64,000 nt of DNA from NCBI GenBank assembly GCA_030704615.1, contig CM060732.1:55614001-55678000 (forward strand), read 5' to 3'. The position numbers were made by a program, and so were the translations under genes. The first letter of the stretch is position 1. Each line of letters begins with the position of its first letter. Positions 26,458 through 40,000 of the stretch are shown in pieces. The notes beneath the pieces were generated by a model. It was not told the DNA's origin and did not search any database. It saw only the letters and a list, made by a program, of their open reading frames with translations. The DNA is from Takakia lepidozioides (Eukaryota; Plantae; Bryophyta).

Positions 26458-27587
26458 TTATTTTCCCCCTCAAGCCCCAACGGCTGTGGCTTGGGTTTCC
26501 TTCAGAATGTATATATATCGGTATATAATAAGGGACTTCCTTTCTACATATAGTAAAATAAGTTGTAAAAGCAGGTCTTTTACATATTGCTAAAGCCAAA
26601 GTGACCATTTGGCCACTTCTAATCTTGCATTTACTGAGGGTGAGAGTGGTAAGTGCTCTGATAGTTGTAAATTGTAACGTATGAAGGAGCTCAGTGGTGG
26701 CAATATGAGATAGTTCCATGTTTTCTTTTCAGAATATTAATATTGTGTCTCTGGGCTGTGAAGTCAGATTCTGGCTCCCACGACCAAAAACGTAGTCTTT
26801 GCACCTCTGTTCACAAACTTTCAAACTGTCAAGACTGAGCCTAAAGCCCTGGCCCTGTCCCATTGACATCTTATAGTTTCTCTTCTGCTTTAGTTTAATT
26901 TTTGTTACCTGTTTCTGTCCAATAAAACTCTTTGTGCTGTTGTGGATCTACTCTCTTTATCTCTCTCTCTGGTCCAGCTTGTAACTTTAGTTTCTGTTCC
27001 TGCAGGTTCGGAAGCATTTGCTGATGCATATTCCTCCAGAACAAGCTCTGATCGGTATTTGGATTATGGGGCAAACAACATACATGAGCTCTTGAATGGT
27101 CACTGGCTTTGACAATACCCTCAAGAGCATAGCACCCTTGAGCTCTTGATCAGTTCAAGGTCAGATGAACCGCATGCCTAACCAGATATCTTAACATGAT
27201 TGACCCTATTTCTTGGAATCAAGACCATCCTCTTAAACTAGCAAAGTCCTTTTATTGTTTCCCGTGCATCTGTGTTACTTCTAACATGCTAAGCAAAATC
27301 ACTACTAGAGGCCAATAGGCATATGACATCCTGACGAGGCAATCCCGTACTGGGCCTTGATGACTAGTGGTTGATGACAAGGAGTTGTTGTGCTGGTTTA
27401 AAATCATGGACACTCTGATTCCAGGTGGAGGAAGAGAGCAGAAGGTTGCAACAGCAGAAATCAGCCTCACAAAACCGTGACTTAGTGGGAGAAATCCAAG
27501 ACCCAAACCAAGAGCCCCAAATCAGGTTTGGTAACTCTAGCTTGCTTGTCTTGCACATGGTCATATTAGACACATGCGAATCTCTTT

Positions 27588-27938
27588 GTGACAGAAACAA
27601 GACAAAGCAATAGGTTGCCGATAGCAATGCAGCAGAAAATTTTCCTTACACTTGCTAGAGAAGACGATAAATGGGGATTAAAGGGAAAAGTGATCGATAT
27701 CGCACGAGCACCTTGGGAAACACGCCATGAGAGTGAAATCTGGCTTTCTCATCCTGCTTTACTAGTTATATTAGTACCAATCAGTAAAGTATGCTATGCG
27801 AGCTATGTTTTCAGAGAAGGATGTTCAAACTATGAGTACAGTCACACTATTATAGAAGAGGTAGAATACTGGATCCCCAAGGATTTGTTACAAGTTGGGT
27901 ATACAGAAAAGGACAAGTGGTATAGTTGTGCCCACTAA
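27588..27938 (+). other. Distant homolog of the gypsy-B upstream ORF0
   Basis: Shares LP..I..D..WGL...VI.I...WL...WIPKD.L with 52727-53368. Confidence 0.6.
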
Positions 27939-30379
27939 AGACTTGGTGATCAGTCAGACCATTCAAAAAAGCTCCTTACTATTAGCTCTTTATTTACAAT
28001 CATATTAAGGTCACGGAAATTTTCTGGTTCACCTTCCAACTATTGGTACTTGTTTTTCGTTTGATTGCTCCCAGAGTCCCAAGTTCTAAGTCTCTCTTGA
28101 TGTATGAGGTCTGGAGCTCTGGACCCTTTGATTGCACACCTAGTTATTCTCATGTCCTTCTGTTTCTGCTCCTTTTCTAGAGTATCATGGGACCCCAACA
28201 GCCCCCACACAAACTGCACTCTGGAAGAATCCATTCGATTTTTTTTCTGCGAGGTGTGCAAAGTATGTTGATCGATTCTTTTGTGTGGCAATGGTTTTAC
28301 TATTTGTCTGTTGAAATCTGAAGGCCTTTGTGAAGGTTCTGCCAGGGTCGCAGAAGTCTCTTGTACAACAGTCCATTCAGGCCACCAAACAGCTTAAACC
28401 ACTGAGAATGGTAAATTTGTTGGATTGGAACCTTCTTCTGGTCTCGGCTTAAAAAAGTCCTCCATTTTCATACCATGCATGATGCTATCTGCAGATTTAT
28501 CTTTCATGAAAGTAAATTTCCTTTCATTTTCTTTTTCCTCTTAGAGGACAATTAGAACATCTTGCTTTCATGTGATTTGGTTGTCTTGATGTTCTACTTT
28601 GTTCCCCGGCCCCATGTGGACATTTACAATTGGAATAGTACTCCAACCACAGCCACATTTGTCACATCTCTCCAGGTAGAAGGATAGACCATCAAGTACT
28701 GTCATTGCCGTGAGTGGAAACCCACAACTTTCTCTTTGAGATCCATACTCTACTATGCCCTGAGGGATTCCTCATAGCCTTCCACAAGTGCCTGACAGCT
28801 TACATGCATGAGGCACTTCGTCTTCAGGTGATGTTTGGTATCTTTGAATATTATTTTTGTTGTTGTACTATGCCCCATTGGTCCTTGGGGCCCCAAAGTT
28901 TCTTTCTTTCGGTCCCTTGGGCCCTTTGGGCTTCCTCTGGACGTCTTTTCAACAGGGAATAGACTCTGCCTTTGTGTAATGGGACTTACATTGATACGAA
29001 CAAATTGTTTAGGCTTTGCAGATTTCCCCCAGAAATCTGTTCACACAAGCATCAATCTGTTGCCCAGCAGTTAAATTGCAAGAGGGTTGGTGCTTCAGGC
29101 TCAGCCTCGAGATTTTACAAGTTAGTGAACAGAGGTGCAGTGACTATGTTCTTGATGGTCTTGGAGAGGGTTGCTCTCTGTTGAGAATACCCTGGACATA
29201 AAATTTTAGTCTAATGATGAGGGTAGGTAGGCCCTTAAGGCCCTTAAGGTCATTTTTTATTTATTTATTTGGGTATAGTCGTGATCGTCGACGATCCAAC
29301 CTCTGCTCTGATTTCTTGTAGCGGAACGAGTTGATGTAGCGAGCTGCCACAAGATTGGGGGATCCGAGCAAAATAGTTAAGGCAGTAGGCATGATGTCAT
29401 CACACCTACAGTTCCGCATCTTGACGGCGAGGAGAGATTTGGCTTTTGTAAGCGCAAACTAGACAACTCCTAGACACTCACATAGGTGGGATAGAAACAA
29501 CTTCTCCATGTTGTGTGTTCTGTTGCATCAAAGATCGTTTTCCGAACCGCCGTTTAACGGGAGAATCTTCGACACCCCACCCCACCCCACCCCTACATTC
29601 CATGCAGTGAATGCAATGGTTTAAAAGACCATGCTCTCGGATATGGCTGAGCTGTATGTGTGTGCCAATGAGGTAATATGGCATATAGAATGTACCAAGG
29701 TTGGGTCCAGAGGGGTAGTTGTAGGGTTGAGTGGACCAAAAATGGCAAACGTTGCATTCATGGAAGTCCATGACCAAATTTTAAGTTGACGATATTTCCC
29801 CAAATAATTCAAATGATGATAGACAATGGTATATTCAACATTTTTAGTAAAGGGTCTTACCCCAAACATCAAAGATAATTTTTACGATAAATTTTAGTCT
29901 TTAATTTGAATAAGATTTGATATATCAAAAATTAGAATTTACATCGATTTGTCTATATACAACCAAGCAATTGTATATTATATTTTTGTATCATTTGTAG
30001 TAAAATATGACACCTCAAAATCAAAATCAAAGTACACCATGGACTTGGTAAAATAAACCACATTTTTGGGACATATATTAGTCCATATGAGCCAAATAGA
30101 GAGGGATTTTGCCACTTCAAATCCATATCTATGATGTGGACCAAAATGACCACCTTATCTCCAAATTTCAATGGAATTGACCAATGGCACATATGACTTC
30201 TTGAGTCCATTGTAATTCCATTCATTGCGGAAACAAGTCCACTGTATGGTCTTCAAAAGTCCATAACTTTGTCATTTCTTATCGGATTCATGATTGGAAT
30301 AAATTGATGACCATCATCAATTGCAGTAATCTAAAACTATGCTGATAACGTCCATTTTGGTCCAGTCATTCCTGCATTC

Positions 30380-31105
30380 ACCCATAGTGTAATGTATTGC
30401 TTTGCGGGCTAGCACATTTCAAAAATGCACATCACTCATATCCAAAGGCAGTGCAAGGACTCCGGCTCCCACTTTCACAAGTTTGTTTCGACCATTCGGG
30501 CAAAAAGAGGCAAGGAACCACAAGTTCTGGTTCTACGCTGACGGTTGTGGGAGATCCGTGAATGGATAGTGCAAGCTTCCGTGGTCATGAAGCCTCCTCC
30601 ACCAAGCATTTGGTCAGTATAGGTGGGCACAAATCTCACTACTCAGGAGATTGCAATGCTAGAGGATGCAAGGTTTTCCCTTGCAAGACGACCCACTGTC
30701 CCTGTAGGTGCTTCGAATTCAGATAGTTCTCAAATGCCTCCTTTTGGAGCTTATAATTTGCATCCCACTAAACGGAATGAGAAGGTGGTTCGACGTTCCC
30801 CTCTAACTGCAGAACACTTTGACAAGGTTAAATCTGCAAGAATGCTTCAAGCTCGAGTTGCAGGTACGATGGATGTTCCAAATCCGGGATATGGTCGGGT
30901 GTACACAATAATGACATCGACATCTGCGTTGTAGGATAAGGCCTATGACATTAAAGTGTCGAATTTTTCCAATTGCACATGTCAACGGAAAAAAAGACAA
31001 ATTCGTCCTATGCAAGCATTTATATTACATATTTTGAAGAAGATGGTCTGTGATCCTAAACGAGACTTCAAACTTCACCATGCCACTATGAGTTACAACG
31101 AGGTC
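30380..31105 (+). pseudogene. SWIM zinc-finger-containing transposase-like remnant (Mutator-like)
   Basis: YDIKVSNFSNCTC...CKHLYYI across a frameshift. Confidence 0.5.
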
Positions 31106-31393
31106 AATAGAGAGAAGAGAGAAGACTCTGGCCGAGGCCGGCTTAACTAAGAGCCACTTCGCCTTGCAGCTATTGCCCCTTTTCAGGGGTGGGCCCTATG
31201 TAAAACTAACCGGTGTCCAGGGGACACCGAGTAACCAGTCTGGGGGGTGGAGGGGGGGGTATCCGGTAGAGACGGTACCGTGTGGTACCCATAGGTGCCC
31301 GCCGGGGATCCATATATATGTGTCTAGGGGGCAAGAGCAGGGTTTGATTCGAGCTGTCGTTTGTTGGTGATGATAGTGGTGAGAGAACGGAGG

Positions 31394-32635
31394 TGTCGCG
31401 CGGCTTTTACTCACCCATCCCTTCGCTATCCGAGGCGGAAACTCCAAGATAGAAGAGTTGGAAATCTCTAAGTACTCAGCCCGCGCAGAACAATCAGTCA
31501 TGACCTACAGCTAGTGTATCATGGGGGTGTTTCCTATTTGTTTCCCTTTTCGCATTCATCTTAGCTACCTTACCATTGATGATTACGTATTAGTTTCCTT
31601 CACTCCTCCATTCAATCCACAGCTTCACTCAGATCTCTCTACACAGTGTGATTGTATCGTATAAATATCAGATTATGATTTATCAGGTATCAGGCCGAAG
31701 CCATTGTATCTCTATTCTCCTCTACAATATCCCTACGGCTTTGCATCTAACAAGCATCTACTAATCCTCCTTCATCGTGCTCTCCGATCTCCGCTTCCGC
31801 CTGACTCCCAAGTCCTCCCCGAATAAATGATCTCCTCATAATCCCCGTTCTCCCTTTATCCTCCTATCCGCGGTTCTAACCGTTTCCCTCTCTAACCGTC
31901 GTATGTGAACTAACATGTTCCCTTCTCTGGTGTTGTTCCCCACAGTCGTTCCCTGTCCTATCTTCGTCCCTATTATCGTGACAGCTGTGTCAAGCGGTGA
32001 CTGGCTGTGTTGTTGTTTTGGCTGTGTCGGGCTGTGACTGGCTGTGTGGCTATGCCGGGCTGTGGGGGTGTTGACTGGCTGTGTGGGCTGTGTAGGCTGC
32101 TGTGTGACGACTGTGACGGGAAGTGTGGGCTGGGTGGGCTAGGTGTGGGACGAATATGACGGGATGTGGTGTGGGTGGGTGTGAAGGATTGTGACGGGCG
32201 GTTTCTGTGTTGGTTTGTGATGTAACGGAAGGTGTGGGGCTGTTTGTGTGGGCTTGTGGCTGAGGTTGTTTCGGGTAGTGGTCGTGGGATTATGTTTGGT
32301 GTTGTGTGTCGGGTGTGTCGGGATGGTGTGTGGGGATCGGGGAGTGTGTTGGTGGTAGGCATGTTGCGTGTGTCGGCTGTGTGGGTATGCCGGGCTTGGG
32401 GGTGGACTGGTGTGTGGGCTGTGTCTGCTGTGTGTGACGACTGTGACTGGCTGTGTGGGTGGTGTGTTGTGGGCTGTGACGACTATGACGGGCTGTGTGG
32501 GTTGTGTATAACCCCCTTCTACAGTGCTCTTGCTGTCACCCCTAAGGTTCCTGTTTGTCTCAGTCTTGTGTGCAAAAATTAGGGTACCCTTACAGATCCC
32601 GTATAAGTGTCTAAGTCCCCTACAGTCCTCTAACA
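31394..32635 (-). repeat. 3' LTR of gypsy B
   Basis: TGTTAGAGG...GCGCGACA, preceded by PPT AGGGGGAAGGGGTAA (32636-32650). Confidence 0.92.
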
Positions 32636-33036
32636 TTACCCCTTCCCCCTCAAAAAGCCGTTGTCCTCACGGTTTACTGTTTCGAAGTAGCAAACCTTGT
32701 GAGTGATCACTTTGTTGACGTTGAGAGTTTCGTGGTGGCTTGTGTGTGTGTGTACGAGCCCGAGGTCTGTCTCTGGTTTGATGGAGATGGTTGATTACTA
32801 CCTGGATAAGTGGGCCTTCTGGAGGCTGATATCGAGGTAATCTTTCCGGCAGAGGAGATCCCCTTTGTTTCTTCGCTTCCATCTGAATGGTATAGTCTTT
32901 CCCATGTCAAAAGAATTTTGTGAAGAACCAGTTTGTATCAGAATCGTCATCGCCTCTTAGGTGTTTTAATTTTCGAATTTTTGTGGAATCATCTGGGGCA
33001 TACAATGCTGTCCTACCATGTCTGGAAGTTTGCATT

Positions 33037-36000
33037 TTACAACCTGGTGCAAACGTTGAACAGCAAAAATTGGTGTAGACACTGAGCTCCTTGTCTGTCC
33101 AAATGAGTGGGGTACCAATTACTGGTTGCGCCGTGGCAAAGTATTTCCATGCGATATGTCCTTATAGAAAATGTCATCAAGTCGAATTTCTGTGTTGACA
33201 AATTGGTTGCAGGCTGCTGCTTGAAACCATGAACGAATTTGAGAATCCTTCTGTATTCATAACTTTTGGGTTCATATAGGTACATATGAGGTGGCACCGA
33301 AGGTAATACCCAATGTCTCCACTGGAGTAACTTTGAAAGCGTGCTTGCATCTTTGTTGCTCAATGTGGTAACGTATCAGAAAAAACCAGCAGCGTAGTAT
33401 AGCCCGCACCCCATGACAATACTTGCTACTCCTTGGTCCTTGCTCTGGTATAAATGAGTCCATGTACAACCTGGAAAGCAAACCAATTCCCTTCAACATT
33501 GTACCTGCCTCGTGCCAGTATTGTGCAAAGTGATGATCTTCAATATGTCGATTGTTTGGAAGAACTTTAGTCCTGGTTGCCACTGGCAGCCAAATACGCA
33601 TGATTTGGTAGTAATGTGCGAATGACTGCGGAGGACTAAATTCTTTCCAAGCCAAATCCAACATGAATGGAATTTGGTTGAAGGGCATAATCATAGCCCT
33701 ACTGTACTCCCTGGCAGCTGGAGTTTTAGGTGGGTTAAAAGCTGCATTGCCCCATACCTCCGGCTGTGGTGGCTGTGGTGTGGTTGTAGTAACCACAGGT
33801 TCAGTTACTGGTACACTGACCTGTTGTGGTGGTGGTGGTAGTGGTTCCTGTACCATTGGCATTCTTGCACCTCCTGTGAAGACTGAAAAGCCAGAGTTCT
33901 GGCTTTCAAATAAGAAGCCATTAGCTGTTCCCGAGGGATATAGACTCTTTGGTCGATGTTTGAAGTGAGGTCTTCCACTTGAGTCTGGAGTCCGTCTACA
34001 TCCTCTTGTAACTCTGCTATCCTACTATAGACATTGTCTATAGTAGTTGTGGCAATGTTCTGCACCTGCAGTCTAAGCTCATTCATCTCGCTTTGGGTGA
34101 GCTTCCGTGGGGCTTTGCCTTCTACTGGCCCTTGTGCTAGCCAGACCTGCATAAGGCTGTTATCCACCAAGCTGCTTGTGGTTCCCCTGAGAGTTTGCTC
34201 CTCTCTTAGCTTATACAATTCCAACTGCTGTTGTAAATCCTTCATGCGCTTCGCCTGTGGCTCAACCAATTGCGCATAGGCAACAAGTAGATTATTGGCT
34301 TCTTTCGAAGCCTTGTTACTGATTGAGATTTCATTTCTATTGGCCACGATGTTTTGTTGCAACTCCACGATGTATTTCTCATTCTCAGCTTCCATCTGCC
34401 TGTATTGCTTGAGAGTATCTTCATTGCGACAGATTGTATTCTTCATATCGACAATGAGCTTCATGTGCTCCGCATTCTCTTCTTCTGCCTTCGTACATTT
34501 TTCCGCTTGACTGTTTATTTCTTTTGTTGATTGGTCAAGCATAGTTGTAATTGTAGCGCATTGTATTGCCATCCTGTTATGCACTGTTTGCAACTCCGTA
34601 TGTAGTGCATTCAGTTCTTGCAACTTGCTTTCATGCTGCACCTGCATTTGGTATAGCTGTTGCTTATGTGCTTCGTGCAACTGGTCTTGCGCGAGGCCTG
34701 CCTCAATCAATTGTTGCTTGGCTAATTGCAAAGCCATTTCTGTATTGGCCAAGTCCTGCTTCATCTTGAGAGTGACCTCTTCATCGACCTTGTTTGCACA
34801 CTCAGTGGCAAGTCGAGCCTCAAACTCCTTCCTGAGTTCTTCTTTCAAGGCTGTCAATTGGGTAATTGGAACATGGGTTTTGACATAAGTCCCCAACAAA
34901 TTAAGTGTCCTGCCTATGGAACTCATCAGCATTTCCTGTTGAGGGTCATCATGGTGAGGTTGCTGCTGTTCCTCCCGATCTTCAACAGTATGATGTCTCA
35001 CTAACCATTCAGACCATTGTCCCACCGGATTTTCTTCCTGAACTACTTCATTCATGACCGGTGCTACAGTGTCATGGCCTTCTGCCTGTGGTACCTCCAA
35101 CACAGGTGTGTGCATTATATGCACCTCAGGATTTCCTTTGGGCAACTGTTGCACCTCTGGGATTTCTGTCTCCTTTACCAGACCAGAATATTCATAGAGA
35201 AGGTCCCCTTTCTCTATTTCTGCCACTATCTGCTCTGTAGTTGGAATCTCTATCCCTTCACTTTCCAAATCAATTATTTCGGTTTGAGCTGCATGGATAA
35301 CTTGTGACCTTGTGACAAGTCGTTCAAGTGGCTGTGTTGGTTGTGATGCAGAAGTAACTTCTTCCTCCCTCTCTGAAGGTCCTGCTTCCAGTAATAACAT
35401 TCTTTTGTGCTGCTGTGCCCCTTCCTGGTTATGAGCTTGGGAAACATTATCATGCGGAATCCGTGAAGCCAGTGGATCCGCCACTACAGTCTTTCCCCTT
35501 CTCTGCCTCTTAGTCTCTGGTTGTGCTGCTAGTCCACCCTCACTGTGTGAAGAGCCTTGCTCTTCCATTGCATTGCAGTTGTTTCTGGCTCAAACACTCC
35601 CATTTCCTTCCTTTCTTGTGCATTAAGTATGCCCGAACTAAGGATTATTTGAGCAATGATTGGGCCAGACACTATGATAGGAGATTTTGCGGTAGTACTT
35701 TGTAATCTTTTCATCTCCTCTACCAGTGCGTTGTACATTATGTCCGCCCATAGTACCTCTTGTCCCTTCAAGCCTTTGAGGATTTCCTCTGTGAAGGATT
35801 TGCTCAAATATTGTTGGTTCTGTTTCAGGGCAATCAGAACGTTCAATACTTGGCTTATGTCTTTTAACCCTGGGTACACAGCTTTGGTACAAGCATAACC
35901 CTGAGTTTTAAAGAAACTCCCTTCTTGGAATAAATCCCCTATTTGCAGTCTTTCCCTGTGTTCTTCCACATACACATGACCTGCTGGCAATGAAACAATT

Positions 36001-36230
36001 GCTGGAGGTATAGGGGAGTAATCATTAATTCAACTCCCTTCACCGTTGTTGTTCCTGTCTTTGGCTCAAAGTTCTGCAAAAATTGTAACATGTACTGTCT
36101 ATGGTGTAGTGTCCAATCCTTGCTTTGCAATCCTTCCAATCTCAGCTCCTTCAGTATCTTTGTCGCCTGTGGGGTAGCCATCGTTTGTTTCTGCAGAATG
36201 GTGGTGCTCTTCACCCTGATTTCCTCCATT
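33037..36230 (-). CDS. Long extra 3' ORF of gypsy B (frameshifted pieces; central coiled coil)
   Basis: Overlapping ORFs 35939-36541, 35529-35990, 33805-35568, 33272-33862, 33037-33363 on the element sense strand between IN and PPT; E/Q/K/L-rich heptads. Confidence 0.65.
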
Positions 36231-37052
36231 CCTCTCACTCTCTTCATCTTAGACTCACCGAACTGCTTTGGCTGTAACAACTGCAGGAGTGCCTGTAGTG
36301 CACAAAGCAGAAACGTATGGTTGCCGCAGAAAGCTATGGGTAACCTCTTGTAAGCCTGCGGGGCTTGCAAGCATTGTTCAAGAGAAAAGCTCTGCTCTTT
36401 CGTTTCGTGTCTCTGCCACTGCGTAAGTAATATTGCGAGCGTAATGTCTGTTAGTTCCTCCATAGTTTCCAAGTTATAGCATTTATGGCCTGTCCTGTCG
36501 AGACGCCCGTTACTCTGAACGACGCCGCCTCTTGCGCTCAATTTCCCTCCATTTTCTTGATCATTTTTCTGGTTTTCTATTGGCTGTGGCCGCTGTGACT
36601 GGATTTTAACTTTTATCTTCTTTAGTGGACTTCCCTGTTGGATAGTCCACTAGGATCACACATGCGACATGAATTCGGCTTTTCTGTACTTGCCGTTCGT
36701 TCTGTTTCCCTTTTTCCGTAATCATTAATGGGTCCGCCTTTCATCCCTTTTGACGGCCGTTCTTGTCCTCTTTCTTTTTGACACCTGTCCTTGCACTTCA
36801 TTCTCTGCTGTTGTCGCACCCTGACCTCCACGTGTCTATTTTTAAATTAATTTCCGTTTCTTCTTCCTTCAGCCATTTTACTGAAGTTTTTATGTGTCCA
36901 CTTGTCACTGATTCTATGGATCGTGTAACTTTAGTAGGCTGTCTTGAGCTGTGATAGGCTGTGTTGCACTGTGGTAAGCTGTGATAGGCTGTGACACGCT
37001 GCGGTAGGTTGTGATAGGCTGTGTCACGCCTTGCTGGGTTGTGGTTGCTGTG

Positions 37053-40000
37053 TCACGTCGTGACGCTGTGATAGGCTGTGTCACGTCGTGACGGGCTGTG
37101 GTAAGCTGTGTTGCGCCTTGCTGGGCTGTGGTTGGCTGTGTCACGTCGTGATGGGCTGTGATAGGCTGTGTCACCCGTGATGGGCTGTGATAGGCTGTGG
37201 TGCGCCTTGCTGGGCTGTGGTTGCTGTGTCACGTCGTGATGTGTGTGATAGGCTGTGTCACGCCTTGATGGGCTGTGATAGGCTGTGTCACGTTTGTTTT
37301 GCCCACCCCGGTCATATATACTGGGCCTAGCGACAAGTGTTCCATACTCCGTTCGTAACACTGGTGCAGCCCGTGACTGCTCTTGCGGTTCAACATGCAA
37401 ATCATGTTGCAGGGGTTTGTCATGGATACCACTGTACCCCTTCAACTTATTTGCATTGACTCTTCCCAGCATTTCCTTGTTAATGGTTTGTAACATGGCT
37501 GTGTTGTTATCATACATCTTTTGTATGACATAAGGTCCTTTCCATGGTGATTTAAGCTTAGAAGCTTGAATCTTTCCTTTCTTCTGCAACCATAAAACCA
37601 AATCCCCCGTCTTAAAAGTCTTTAATTTGCCTTTATCAAACTGTTCCTTTCGCTTCATCTGAATTCTGGTCATATTATCAGCTGCATCAGCACGTACTTC
37701 TTCCACATGGTATAATTCATGTTTCCTGACCTTGATGGAGTCTTGCAATTCCATTCTTTTTCCCCACTCTGTTCTCATGGTAGGTAACAGGAATTCCACT
37801 GGAAGTAAGGCTTCCATACCATAAACTAATTGGAATGGTGTATACTTAGTGGTGACTTTATATGAAGTCCTGTATGACCACAAAGCTGTCAGCAGCTTTG
37901 TATCCCAATCCGTTCTGTTTGCATTGACTATCTTAGCCAAGATAGTACATAGTATTTTGTTGGTAGCCTCTGCCTGTCCATTACCCTGTGGGTAATATGT
38001 TGTACTCTTTCTATGCACAATCATAAACTCTTTAGTCAATAACTCAATGGTCTCATTCATGAAGTGACTTCCTTGATCACTGATAAATTCTAAGGGACAT
38101 CCAAATCGTGTAAGTATGTTCTCGTACAGGAACCTTGCTGTGGACTTGGCTGTGTTGTCCCTCAAAGCTTTAGCTTCCACCCACTTTGTAGTATAATCAG
38201 TGGCTGTAATTATGTACCTGTTTCGTGTATTCTTGGATGGTGGATTAATTGGTCCAACAAAGTCTAGTCCCCATTTCTGAAATGGTTCCGTAGGCATTGT
38301 AGGATGCAAGGCCATTCTTCCAGATCTCTGCAAAGGTCCTAGCCTCTGACATTCATCACACTTCTGACAATACTCATGTACATCTTTGAACAACGTAGGC
38401 CACCAGTATCCTGCGAGTAGTATCTTTCTACTGGTAGTCTCTTCTCCAAATGACCTCCAGCCACTCCTTTATGAACTTCCTCCAAGACTTTATTTACTTC
38501 ATGGTGGTACAAGCATCGTTTTAGTACTCCATCAGGTCCTAACTTATACATTCTGCTTCCTACCATAGTATAAGGTAAAGCTCTGATAGCAATTCTTTTC
38601 CTTTGCTCCTTACCATAACTAGGTGGGCACTGACCATGAGCAAGGTAGTATCTGATTGGCCATTGCCAATCTAACCATTCATCTGCACTTCCTTGCACCT
38701 CCATTACAAATAAACTCGCATCAGGTAACTGATCGTCCACTCCTGTGGCGGCCTCTCCTGTTGTTAGTCGTGACAAATGATCTGCCACAAGATGCAAACG
38801 GCCAGGCTTGTAAATAACCTCGAACTCAAACTCATGCAAGATTATTAACCACCTCGCTATCCTTCCACTTATCAAAGGTTTGTTCACCAGATATATCAGA
38901 GCCTGGTGATCCACATAAAACATAAACTTTCTTCCCAATAGGTAATGCCTGAATTTCTTCACTGCATAGATCATTGCCAATGCTTCTCTTTCCGTTGTGC
39001 TATAGTTCCTCTCAGCACTGTTCATCAACCGGCTAGCATAGTACACAGGTGAATCTATATTCCCTGTAACATTCTGGGCTAACACCGCTCCCAATGCTTC
39101 TCCTGATGCATCGCAGTGAACATGAAATACTACATGCCAGTGAGGGTTAATCAGCACAGGTGTAGTTGTTACTGACAGTGTAAGTTCCTCAAACGCCTGT
39201 TGACATTCAGCTGTCCATGCAAACACTGCATCTTTCTTCAGAAGCTTGCTCAATGGTGCTGCTATTTGTGCATACCTTTTGACAAATCTTCTGTAATAAC
39301 TGGTTTGCCCAAGGAATCTCCTTAAACTCTTAACATTCACTGGTGGTGGAGAGACTTTAATGGACTCTGTCTTCCTGGGATCCACAAGAAGTCCCTTCTT
39401 ACACACTATGTGTCCCAGAAGCACCCCTGAGTTCACACAGAAAGTACACTTCTCTGGATTCAAGCCCAGACCTCTCATCCTGCATCTGGCCAGGCATAAC
39501 TCCAATTTATGCAAGTGCTCATTCTTAGAGCTGTACACACTGAAATCATCCAAAAACACCTGCATGAAATCATCCAGATACTCTTGAAAAGATTCACTTA
39601 TCACTCTCTGAAAGGTCGCTGGTGCATTACAAAGTCCAAAGGGCATGACTTTGTATGCATAAGCCCCCCAGTCTGTGATGAAAGCTGTTTTCCCTTGGTC
39701 TTCTTCTGCCACTTGCACTTGATTATAACCACTGAAGCCATCCATGAATGAGTACATCTCATGGCCTGCCACAGTGTCTAATACTGCTTCTGTGAATGGC
39801 AAAGGGAAAGGATCTTTCTTCGTACAAGCATTCAGCTTCTTATAGTTCACACATACTCTTAGTTTGCCATTCTTCTTGGGAACTATAACAATGGGTGACA
39901 ACCAAGTTGTATACTCTATTGGGTATATAAACTTAGCCTCAGCCAACTTCTTTATCTCTTCTCCAACCTTCTGTGCGTAGTTGGGATTCATTCTATACCT

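Noticed and set aside
31973-32636. His/Thr/Pro- and Val/Cys/Gly-rich ORFs (also 44815-45232)
   Set aside because: Products of the LTR minisatellite
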